From a bacterium (GTDB taxonomy: Bacteria > UBA8248), in the NCBI GenBank assembly GCA_965204535.1, contig CBDBEV010000001.1, positions 2,656,001-2,720,000 of the forward strand: a stretch of 64,000 nt of DNA. The letters are read 5' to 3'. Shown in pieces: positions 39,633 through 47,676 of the stretch (position 1 is the stretch's first letter; each line of letters begins with the position of its first letter). The notes beneath the pieces are model-generated. The model worked only from the letters and a program-made list of their open reading frames with translations. It was not told the origin of the DNA and ran no database searches. Made by a program: the position numbers and the translations under genes.

Positions 39633-39779
39633 GGGGGTGTTGAAAAAGGCCCATCAATCGGGATCGGCGCGTAGGGGCGGCCCCCCGTGGCCGCCCGTAT
39701 CGGATATGTCCATCTGCGTGGCTGTGCTTCGCAGGGACAAGCATGGGGGCCTTGGACAGGCACGGAGGCCTGTCCCTAC
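39633..39779. repeat. Second direct copy of the MITE-like element (no right TIR seen)
   Basis: About 147 bp, near-identical to 38762-38909. Confidence 0.85.
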
Positions 39780-39842
39780 GGGTCGGAGGACGGACAACGC
39801 AAGGAGGCCCTGTTCCCGCGTTTCGTTGCGTTCTCCACACAC

Positions 39843-39871
39843 AAAAAAACCGGGGGGCCGAAGCCCCCCGG
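39843..39871 (-). terminator. Rho-independent terminator of porin A
   Basis: CCGGGGGG-CTTCGG-CCCCCCGG followed by a T7 run on the minus strand. Confidence 0.9.
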
Positions 39872-39913
39872 TCGTCGTCGCGTCAGGTGAGGACGCGAAC
39901 GTCCTTCATGCTG

Positions 39914-41242
39914 CTAGAAGATGTGGCGCAGCGTCCAGCCGACCGCCCAGCCGTCGTCCGGCTCAGGAGCGCCCATGCCTCTGCCGTAGTCGCCGCGCAA
40001 GATAACGGCGCCCACACCGCGAAGCTCGAGGCTCGAGTGAATCTTCCATTTGAAGCCGGCGTTGAGCTCTGTGCCGAATTCCTTCGCGTCCATCGGATTT
40101 GGAACTTTTTTCGTTGGTAGCGCGCTTTCTGCGGCATTATAAAGGGATACGCCGCCGCCCAGCGTCAGGGTCTTGCTGACCTTGAAGTCGGCCAGCCCCT
40201 CGATCACGGTCGCGCCGTTCAAGGCGCCCAAGTGTACGCTTCTGATGCCGTTGCCCAGAGACGTCCAGCGGCGCGAACTCATGATGTGGCCGCCGACGAA
40301 CCAGCCGGAACCGCCTTCCTGAGGCGTCCTGAACCGGCCGTCCTCGGTGGCCTTGGAGCCGTCATCGCCGGAGAGCATCGTGAGGTTGCCGCTAAGCTTC
40401 AGTTTGCCCAGGCTGGTGGAAGTCCTCACCAGAACGGCCCATCCCGAGAGTTCTTTGCCGCTTGAGAGGTCACCTTCCTGGATGACCATAGAACCGTTCA
40501 CGTTGAGGATGCCCACCTTCGTCTTGGCGTTTAGTCCGAGGAAGTTGTAGTCGTAGTCTTTTCCCGGTGTATTTGTTACTACCCTCTCTCCCGTAAGCGT
40601 ACCGTCCGCCTGCACGCCTGTTGTCTTGAACGTGGTCGTTGACGTTGGTTTCGTTTCGCCTCTGGAGTTGGCCACCCATGGCGAGAGCGTGAGATTGGGG
40701 GAGACCTTGATGCTCAGGCTGGCATAAGAATCCGTGTGGTCGTTGTTATCGGGGCTAGTGTCTTCTCTCGCACTGGTCATGAACGCGCTGAGCGAAATGT
40801 TTTTGCTGAGCTTGCCGTAGATCGCAATACCCGGCTCACGATGACGACCGCCGCTGTCGTAGATTTCCTTGTCCGGCGAGAAGTAGTCCGTCCGGCCCAT
40901 ACGCATGCGGAGCGAACTGCCCGGAACCGCGAAGTCGATCACCCAGCGGTTGACGCCGACAGTCTGCCGGCCGGGACCGATGGCGAAGCCGCCGTTCGCG
41001 ATTACGAACTCGGGCTCCCACACGGCCGTGACGGCGCCGCTTTTCGCCGTGAAGCGCGGACGGATGAGCGCGTCCAGGTAATTGCTTTTGTCGTCCATGT
41101 CATCGTTCCCGTCTTTGTTGACGTTTTCGCTGGAGCCGCGTACCCGGAAGAAGCCGGTCATCTTGAAGTCGGCCGCGTACGAGGGCGCTACAAACGTCGC
41201 TACGAGCGCCATCGCAAACAGAGTTAACAGAATTTTCCTCAT
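39914..41242 (-). CDS. Outer-membrane beta-barrel (porin-like) protein, paralogue A
   Basis: Signal peptide MRKILLTLFAMALVATFVAPSYA, amphipathic beta-strands, C-terminal WTLRHIF with terminal Phe; GAGGAG RBS. Confidence 0.8.
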   Translation of the reverse strand: MRKILLTLFAMALVATFVAPSYAADFKMTGFFRVRGSSENVNKDGNDDMDDKSNYLDALIRPRFTAKSGAVTAVWEPEFVIANGGFAIGPGRQTVGVNRWVIDFAVPGSSLRMRMGRTDYFSPDKEIYDSGGRHREPGIAIYGKLSKNISLSAFMTSAREDTSPDNNDHTDSYASLSIKVSPNLTLSPWVANSRGETKPTSTTTFKTTGVQADGTLTGERVVTNTPGKDYDYNFLGLNAKTKVGILNVNGSMVIQEGDLSSGKELSGWAVLVRTSTSLGKLKLSGNLTMLSGDDGSKATEDGRFRTPQEGGSGWFVGGHIMSSRRWTSLGNGIRSVHLGALNGATVIEGLADFKVSKTLTLGGGVSLYNAAESALPTKKVPNPMDAKEFGTELNAGFKWKIHSSLELRGVGAVILRGDYGRGMGAPEPDDGWAVGWTLRHIF

Positions 41243-41498
41243 TGTGCATTTCTCCTCATTGAGGTTTCACAAAAAATGTTGCCGTCTTCCTTCGTGTTCT
41301 GTGTCTGGTTTTATGGGTGCTTCTACATCTGTGCTTCGTCGCCTGTAACAGGGCTTCCCGTTCCCGCATCACCCCCTCTCTTCCATGCCGCCCCGCACGT
41401 CGACAAGGTTCTATCGAGCGAACCGGTTTTTGCCGCTTATGGACAATTCCCTGTCTGAGAAAACAGTCATTCCATTCCCCGTTTCCTCAAAGAATAGA
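41137..41498. repeat. Left arm of ~360-bp imperfect inverted repeat (partner 44571-44941)
   Basis: Its reverse complement matches 44571-44941 over the -10 box, the ~255-nt leader, RBS, signal peptide and ADFKMTGF, apart from one divergent block of ~30 nt. Confidence 0.9.
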
Positions 41499-41650
41499 GG
41501 TAAGATCGACAGGAACCCGTCACTCCGGAAGTGATGCGACTGAACGTGATCATGTAATGTAAAGATTTGTTATTATTTGCTTTAATTCGATATTTTCTTC
41601 GCCGTCGTCTCTTGCGGGCTGGCCGTGTTTTTGCTTGAATACGCTCACAC

Positions 41651-41761
41651 TTGATGCCGCTGACATGCGTTTTGATGACATATCAAGCGAGAGAGACCAC
41701 GCTTATTTCTGCTGAAACGCGCTCTCGATTGATGCCGCTGGTATGCGTTTTGATGACATAT
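41651..41761. repeat. 33-bp direct repeat x2 upstream of integrase 1 (candidate arm-type binding sites)
   Basis: TTGATGCCGCTGACATGCGTTTTGATGACATAT (41651-83) and TTGATGCCGCTGGTATGCGTTTTGATGACATAT (41729-61), 31/33 identical. Each contains two TTGATG(C/A)C motifs 21 bp apart. Confidence 0.85.
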
Positions 41762-42974
41762 GGAAATGATGGGGGTCATGCCCAGGAGAAGTGAGTTCAG
41801 ACTCACCAAACGCGCTGTCGACGCGCTTAAAACCGAAAATCGGGACACCCTCTTCTGGGACCGGGACCTGGCCGGCTTCGGGGTGCGCGTCCACGCTACG
41901 GGCAGGAAAGCCTACGTGGTGCAGTCCAGGGGACCCGGGGGGGTAAAACGCGTGACTTTAGGCCGGCACGGGGCGTTGTCGACCGGGGAGGCGAGGAAGC
42001 AGGCCGCCCTCGTCATAGACCGTATCAAGCGGGGCGAAGACCCTGGACGCAAGCCGCCCGCGGAGGAACTCACCCTGGCGGCGATTGCCGAGCGCTTCAT
42101 GCGCGCTTACGTGGAAAGGCGCCTGAAGCCGCGCACCGTCGTGGAGTACCGCACCATACTGGACAAACATGTCCTGCCGGCCCTGGGCGGGATGACGCTG
42201 GGCCGGATCGGACGGGCGGAAGTCGCCGCGTTTCATCACCGCCTCCGCCATACGCCGAGCCGGGCCAACACGTCGATCCATATCCTCTCCAGGATGTTCA
42301 ACCTGGCCGAGGCGTGGGGCCTGGCCCCGACCGGGCAGAACCCGTGCAGAAGACTGTCGCTCTACAGGACGCGCCCACGCGAGCGGTTCCTGACATTCGA
42401 GGAATACCGCCGCCTGGGCCGGTCGCTCAAAGACGCCGAGGCGGCAGGCTCCATCTGGCCGCCTGCGATCACGGCGATCAGGCTGCTCATGCTGACCGGG
42501 TGCCGGAGGAGCGAGATACTGAACCTCAAATGGGACGACGTGGACCGCACGGCGGGAGACCTCAGGCTCAGGGACGCCAAGGCGGGCCCCCGCATGGTTC
42601 CGCTGACGAATCCCGTGCGGGGGGTTCTCGACAAGCTGTCCCGGCAACCGGACAACCCGTGGGTGATCATCGGCCAGAAGCCGGGAAAGAACCTCACGGA
42701 TCTTCGCCACTACTGGTGGCCTATCCGGGAGCGGGCGGGACTCTCCGACCTGCGGATCCACGACCTCAGACACTCCTATGCGTCGAGGGCTCTGGCGCTC
42801 GGCGAGAGCCTCTACACGATCGGCAAGCTCCTGGGACACTCGACGATAACGACGACGGCGCGCTACACGCACCTGATGCTCAAGGCCGAGAAGGAGGCGG
42901 CCACCCGGGTGGGGGGGAGCATAGGCGCCCACCTGACGAACGGGAACCTCGGGGGAGAACGGCGAAGCCCATGA
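41760..42974 (+). CDS. Tyrosine recombinase/integrase 1 with N-terminal arm-binding (DUF4102-like) domain
   Basis: WDRDLAGFGVRV arm domain; catalytic TGCRRSE, DAKAG, HDLRH, LGH, TARY all intact. Confidence 0.93.
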   Translation: MEMMGVMPRRSEFRLTKRAVDALKTENRDTLFWDRDLAGFGVRVHATGRKAYVVQSRGPGGVKRVTLGRHGALSTGEARKQAALVIDRIKRGEDPGRKPPAEELTLAAIAERFMRAYVERRLKPRTVVEYRTILDKHVLPALGGMTLGRIGRAEVAAFHHRLRHTPSRANTSIHILSRMFNLAEAWGLAPTGQNPCRRLSLYRTRPRERFLTFEEYRRLGRSLKDAEAAGSIWPPAITAIRLLMLTGCRRSEILNLKWDDVDRTAGDLRLRDAKAGPRMVPLTNPVRGVLDKLSRQPDNPWVIIGQKPGKNLTDLRHYWWPIRERAGLSDLRIHDLRHSYASRALALGESLYTIGKLLGHSTITTTARYTHLMLKAEKEAATRVGGSIGAHLTNGNLGGERRSP

Positions 42975-44125
42975 TGAAAACGCTCTCGAACCGGGCGGTC
43001 GAGAAGCTTGCGGTTCAGAAGGATACGGTGTTCTGGGACGGGGATCTCACAGGCTTCGGCGTCAGGGTCTATCCCAGCGGCTCAAAAGTCTACATCGCCC
43101 ATGCGCGGGGTCCGAGAGGGCCCAAGCGGGTGGCGGTGGGCCGCCACGGCGTGATCGGCGCCGATCAGGCGCGCCAAAGGGCGGCGCTCATCATCGCCCG
43201 CATCAAGGCGGGCGAGGAAGCAATCCCGAAGCGGCTGAAGCCCACGAGCGGGCCCAGCGTGGCGGCGCTCGCCGAGCGGTATCTCACCGAATACGTCTCG
43301 GTGCGCTGCAAGCCGAGCACCGCCGCGAAGACCAGGGCGGTGGTGCGAAAGCACATCGTGCCCGCCTTGGGGAAGCTGCCGATCATGGCGCTGGAGCGGG
43401 CGCAGGTGGCGGAACTGCACCAGAGCCTGTGCGAGACGCCCGTTGTGGCGAACCTGGTCGTCCGAATCCTCCATGCGATGTACAGGCTGGCCGAGAACTG
43501 GGGGCTGGCGCCCGAGGGGTGCAACCCCTGCCGCTTGATCGTGAAATACCCCGAGCGCAAGAGGGAGCGGTTCCTGACGGATGAGGAGTTTGCGCGCCTG
43601 GGCGCCGTTCTGGAAGAAATCGAGAATCAGGGCGGGGCGTCCGCGCCCGCTCTGGCCGCCATACGCCTGCTGATGCTGACCGGGTGCCGGAAGTCCGAGA
43701 TACTCACTCTCCGCTGGGAGGACGTGGCGCTGGACGAGGGTGAGCTGAGGCTGCCGGATTCCAAGACGGGCGCGCGGGTGGTCTCGCTTCCGCCGCAGGC
43801 GGTCGCGCTCCTGGCCGCCCTCCCCCGGGTGGAGGGGAATCCCTGGGTCATTCCCGGCAGGAAGCCGGGCGCGCGCCTGGGCAGCCTCGATCACGTCTGG
43901 CGGCCCGTCCGCGCGCGGGCGGGTCTCGATGACGTGCGGCTCCACGACCTTCGCCATTCCTACGCCTCCAGAGCGCTCGCGCTGGGAGAAGGGCTCCCCG
44001 TCATCGCGAAGCTCCTTGGCCACGCCCACGTGCAAACCACGGCGCGTTACGCGCACCTGGCGCGCGATTCCGCGCACGAGGCGGCGGAGCGGGTTGCGGG
44101 GAGCATCGCGGAAGATATACTCTGA
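42971..44125 (+). CDS. Tyrosine recombinase/integrase 2, paralogue of integrase 1
   Basis: ATGA overlap with integrase 1; WDGDLTGFGVRV, TGCRKSE, DSKTG, HDLRH, LGH, TARY intact. Confidence 0.93.
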   Translation: MMKTLSNRAVEKLAVQKDTVFWDGDLTGFGVRVYPSGSKVYIAHARGPRGPKRVAVGRHGVIGADQARQRAALIIARIKAGEEAIPKRLKPTSGPSVAALAERYLTEYVSVRCKPSTAAKTRAVVRKHIVPALGKLPIMALERAQVAELHQSLCETPVVANLVVRILHAMYRLAENWGLAPEGCNPCRLIVKYPERKRERFLTDEEFARLGAVLEEIENQGGASAPALAAIRLLMLTGCRKSEILTLRWEDVALDEGELRLPDSKTGARVVSLPPQAVALLAALPRVEGNPWVIPGRKPGARLGSLDHVWRPVRARAGLDDVRLHDLRHSYASRALALGEGLPVIAKLLGHAHVQTTARYAHLARDSAHEAAERVAGSIAEDIL

Positions 44126-44441
44126 GGAAGCCGGTTGGCGAATTTCCGGCGGCGCGCGGCGGCGGGTTCCGCCCCGTTCGCCGGCGAGAAGAGCCGACCC
44201 TTTTTCTATAAGAATCAGGAATAGATTTTTCCGGCGGCATCCATCGCCCGATGAGTATCCCAATCGGCGGGGCTCGGGAAACGGCGGGTTGCATGAACGG
44301 ATATGGGCCGATTTTGGGGGAGTTGCAAGGCGTATTTCAGAAGCCTTTTCGCCCGGCGAATGAAAATTTTTTTCTCGGGCTGCAAAGACCGGGGCAAGGC
44401 GGTGAATTTCACGTCGTTTTTTCCTGACGCGCAATTTTTCG

Positions 44442-44454
44442 TAAAAGTTTGATT
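44442..44454 (-). promoter_or_regulatory. Candidate IHF-binding site
   Basis: AATCAA-ACTT-TTA matches WATCAANNNNTTR in an AT-rich tract; a second match AATCAA-GATG-TTG lies at 44766-44778 (+). Confidence 0.45.
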
Positions 44455-44549
44455 TTGTTATTGTTAAACCTTTCATTCCATTTCGGAAGAGAGGGGGAAG
44501 TTCGTATTGTAAAGGAAATGGTTTTTTGGATTTCCCTTGGGATTGTTTG

Positions 44550-44578
44550 TTGACAAAGAGGATCATCTTTTCTATTCT
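44550..44578 (+). promoter_or_regulatory. Sigma70-type promoter for porin B, straddling the inverted-repeat boundary
   Basis: TTGACA (44550-55), 17-bp spacer, TATTCT (44573-78); AT-rich upstream sequence. Confidence 0.75.
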
Positions 44579-44941
44579 TTGGAGAAACGGGGAATGGAAT
44601 GATTGTTTTCTCAGACAGGGAATTGTCTACATAAGCGGCAAAAATCGGTTCGCTCGATAGAACCTTGTCGACGTACGGGGCGGCATGGAAGAGAAGAGAG
44701 GGGGTGATGCGGGAACGGGAAGCCCTGTTGCAGACGACGAAGCACGAATGCAGACACATTGACAAAATCAAGATGTTGAACACGAAGGAAGACGGCAACA
44801 TTTTTTTATGAAACCTCGATGAGGAGAAATACACATGAGGAAAATTCTGTTAACTCTATTTGCGCTGGCGCTCTTAGCGACGTTTGTAGCGCCCTCGTAT
44901 GCGGCCGACTTCAAGATGACCGGCTTCTACCGGGTACGCGG
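44571..44941. repeat. Right arm of the inverted repeat (partner 41137-41498)
   Basis: Direct comparison with the reverse complement of the left arm. Confidence 0.9.
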
Positions 44942-46127
44942 TATCGCCGGCAACAACGGCGACCGCAACGACGACGTGGACGACAGCGCCCAGGGCTTCG
45001 ACGCCTTGACGAGGCCGCGCTTCACCGCAAAGGTCGATGGCGGCAAAATCTGGTCCATCTGGGAAATCGACTGGTATGAGGCCCGTACTGAGAATGACAG
45101 GACCCCCAATGACGCGAACGCGAACATCCTGTTCGGCCGCAGCGGCGGCCGCGTCGGCGTGGGCACCAACCGCTGGGTGGTCGACTTCGCGATTCCGGGC
45201 AGCGCGCTCCGCGCCCGCTGGGGCCGGACGGACTACACCTCCCCGGACAAGCAGATTTTCGACAGCGCTGGCGCCACCCGTTGGCCGGGCTTCGCGGTCT
45301 ACGGCAAGCTCAGCAAGAACATGTCGCTCAGCATGTTCATGACCAGGAAGGGTATGAGTGGTAGGGGACGCACCATCGGCCCGGAAGATGAGAACAATGA
45401 CAGCTACTATGCGTCTGTGGGCATCAAGGTCACCCCGGCCATGACGCTGACTCCCTGGGTGGCCCTCTCCCGCGACGGCAAGGGCAGGTCCCTCACCTAC
45501 GCCGCCCTGAACGCCAAGACGAAAGTGGGCATCGTCGGCCTGAACCTCTCGGGCGTTTCGGTGGGTGGAGATGCGAAAGATGGTACGGATGCCTCCGGCT
45601 GGGCGCTTCTGGCAAGCGGCAAGGCCGGCCTGGGCAAACTGACGCTCATCGGCACCGCCATCATGCTCTCCGGCGACGACGATGACGACGACATGGAAGA
45701 GGGCAGATTCTCTCATCTGATGCCCGGCGGCGGTCAGTTCATCTCCGGCGTCATGGTCACCGACCGCAGCACCACAGGCGGCATCACGAGCTTCCGGGCT
45801 CGTTTGCCCAGAGCCGGCGGTACCAGGAATGCCAGGTTCCAGAATCTGAACGGCGCGGTCGTGATCGGCGCAGATGCCGTGTACAAGGTCAGCAAGACTT
45901 TCAAGGTAGCCGCCGGCGTTCACATCTACCAGTCAGCGGAAGACGACGACATGGGCAACACTGACTACGGCACCGAGTTCAACACCAGCTTCGAGTGGAA
46001 GATCTATCCGAAGCTCAGGCTCAGGAGTCAATTCGGGTACTTGGCCACGGGCGACTACGGTTTAGCGGCCGACGATCCGGACGACGACACCTGGACGGCG
46101 ATGTTCTCGCTGGACCACTTCTTCTAG
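44835..46127 (+). CDS. Outer-membrane beta-barrel (porin-like) protein, paralogue B
   Basis: Near-identical signal peptide to paralogue A; shared blocks NRWVxDFAxPGS, GRTDYxSPDK, YGKLSKN, LSGDD, LNGA, GTExN; ends SLDHFF. Confidence 0.8.
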   Translation: MRKILLTLFALALLATFVAPSYAADFKMTGFYRVRGIAGNNGDRNDDVDDSAQGFDALTRPRFTAKVDGGKIWSIWEIDWYEARTENDRTPNDANANILFGRSGGRVGVGTNRWVVDFAIPGSALRARWGRTDYTSPDKQIFDSAGATRWPGFAVYGKLSKNMSLSMFMTRKGMSGRGRTIGPEDENNDSYYASVGIKVTPAMTLTPWVALSRDGKGRSLTYAALNAKTKVGIVGLNLSGVSVGGDAKDGTDASGWALLASGKAGLGKLTLIGTAIMLSGDDDDDDMEEGRFSHLMPGGGQFISGVMVTDRSTTGGITSFRARLPRAGGTRNARFQNLNGAVVIGADAVYKVSKTFKVAAGVHIYQSAEDDDMGNTDYGTEFNTSFEWKIYPKLRLRSQFGYLATGDYGLAADDPDDDTWTAMFSLDHFF

Positions 46128-46169
46128 GAACTTGATGGACGCTCGCGTCCTCATTTGACGCGACGGCGA

Positions 46170-46199
46170 CCGGGGGGCTTCGGCCCCCCGGTTTTTTTT
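46170..46199 (+). terminator. Rho-independent terminator of porin B
   Basis: CCGGGGGG-CTTCGG-CCCCCCGG followed by T8; part of the ~90-bp outer inverted repeat 46122-46212 / 39830-39919. Confidence 0.9.
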
Positions 46200-46273
46200 G
46201 TGTGTGGAGAACACTTTGCCGTGCCTTTTTAACTAACATTTATGGCTTATTTGGTTCGGTATATACGAATTGT

Positions 46274-46414
46274 GTAGGGGACGCATATATGCGTCCCGCG
46301 CAGAGTGGTTTTCGCCATTGATAGTTCCGTCCCGTCTAACGGCGCAATTCCTGGATGGGTTTTACGACGGCTTGACGATCCGACCCGCAAGGGCCGCATA
46401 TATGCGGCCCCTAC
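46274..46414. repeat. Inverted pair of GTAG REP hairpins (REPIN-like)
   Basis: GTAGGGGACGCATATATGCGTCCC ... GGGCCGCATATATGCGGCCCCTAC. Confidence 0.85.
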
Positions 46415-46536
46415 AAACCCCCACGAAAACGGGCGGCATGAACATCGCTTGAGGGGTTCGGCGGGGAGTGGTATATCCTTTGAGGCGTATGGACACGCGT
46501 TCGCCCGCAACGACACACATCGAGGAAACAGCAGAA

Positions 46537-47676
46537 ATGAACAAGCACCACCTCATGGCCCCCGGCCCCACGCCGGTCCCCCACCGGGTGCTCGAAGCCA
46601 TGGCGCGGCCCCTGATCCACCATCGCACCAGGGAGTTCGAGGCGCACTTCGAAGGAGCGCGGCGCGGCCTCGAATGGCTCTTCCAGACGAGCGGCGACGT
46701 CATCACCCTCGCCGCTTCGGGTACGGGCGGCATGGAGGCGGCGGTGGCGAACCTGCTCTCCCCGGGCGATTCGGCGCTCGTCATCGAGGGCGGCAAATTC
46801 GGGGAGCGATGGACGGAGCTTTGCGAGGCTTACGGGGTCGAAGCGGACGTCCTGGAGGTGGAATGGGGCCGTTCGGTCGACTTGGGCGCCCTGGAGGCGC
46901 GCCTGGAGCGCGGAGGGCACAAGGCGCTGCTGATGCAGGCGAGCGAAACCTCCACGGGGTCCAAGCACGACGTGCAGGCCGTCGCGAAGCTGGTGCGTGA
47001 GCGGTCGCCGGAGACGCTCGTGGTGGTGGACGCCATCACCGCCCTGGGCGTGTACGACCTCAAGACCGATGAATGGGACCTGGACGCCGTGATCACGGGG
47101 AGCCAGAAGGCGCTCATGCTCCCGCCGGGGCTGGCCTTCGTCTGGCTGAGCGAGCGGGCACGGCGCGCCGCCGCGGAGTCGACTTCGCCCCGGTATTATT
47201 TCGACCTCGAGATCGAGCGCAAGAGCCAGATGAAGAACACCACCGCCTGGACGCCTGCGATCTCCCTTCTGGCGGGTCTGTCGGTCGCGCTCGACATGAT
47301 GCGCGGGGAGGGACTGGAGAACGTCTTCGCGCGCCATGCGCTTCTGGCGCGGGCGACGGGAGCGGCTGCTGAAGCGATGGGCCTCGCCATATTCCCCCGT
47401 GACTTGAGGAGTGAGGCCGTCACCGCCGTCTGCGTACCCGAGGGCGTGGACGGAAAAGCCGTCCCCGGCAGGATGCAGGATGCGCACGGGGTGACCATCG
47501 CCGGGGGGCAGGGGGGCCTGAGCGGCAAGATTTTCCGGATCGGGCATCTGGGGTACGTCGATTCCTCCGACGTGCTGGCGGCGGTCGGCGCGCTGGAATC
47601 GACCCTGGCCGATCTGGGCTTTTCACTGGACAGAGGGCGCGGCCTCGCCGCAGCGCAAGAGGTGTTCAACGAATGA
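46537..47676 (+). CDS. Class V aminotransferase (serine-pyruvate/alanine-glyoxylate type; likely phosphoserine aminotransferase role)
   Basis: MAPGPTPVP, SGTGGMEA, ETSTG, GSQKALMLPPG, FRIGHLG; coupled to serA. Confidence 0.88.
   Translation: MNKHHLMAPGPTPVPHRVLEAMARPLIHHRTREFEAHFEGARRGLEWLFQTSGDVITLAASGTGGMEAAVANLLSPGDSALVIEGGKFGERWTELCEAYGVEADVLEVEWGRSVDLGALEARLERGGHKALLMQASETSTGSKHDVQAVAKLVRERSPETLVVVDAITALGVYDLKTDEWDLDAVITGSQKALMLPPGLAFVWLSERARRAAAESTSPRYYFDLEIERKSQMKNTTAWTPAISLLAGLSVALDMMRGEGLENVFARHALLARATGAAAEAMGLAIFPRDLRSEAVTAVCVPEGVDGKAVPGRMQDAHGVTIAGGQGGLSGKIFRIGHLGYVDSSDVLAAVGALESTLADLGFSLDRGRGLAAAQEVFNE

Noticed and set aside
41651-41761. 33-bp direct repeats with a 45-bp spacer as a mini CRISPR array
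   Set aside because: Only two units, no palindrome or typical CRISPR repeat end, and no cas genes. The position against the integrase favours binding sites.
42314-42970. 603-aa ORF-track version of integrase 2, or a frameshift fusion of the two integrases
   Set aside because: The extension overlaps integrase 1 in another frame and has no recognisable motif. The ATGA coupling at 42971 with an upstream GGGGGAG gives a normal start, and no slippery site is evident.
44759-44790. Second TTGACA in the porin B leader as a promoter
   Set aside because: No plausible -10 box 16-18 bp downstream.
44585-44834. Known riboswitch (c-di-GMP, cobalamin) in the porin leader
   Set aside because: The consensus elements could not be matched by eye, so it is kept only as an unassigned conserved leader.
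39780-46300. Prophage, ICE or integron at the integrase pair
   Set aside because: No phage or conjugation genes, no tRNA attachment site seen, and no IntI-type insertion or attC cassettes recognised.
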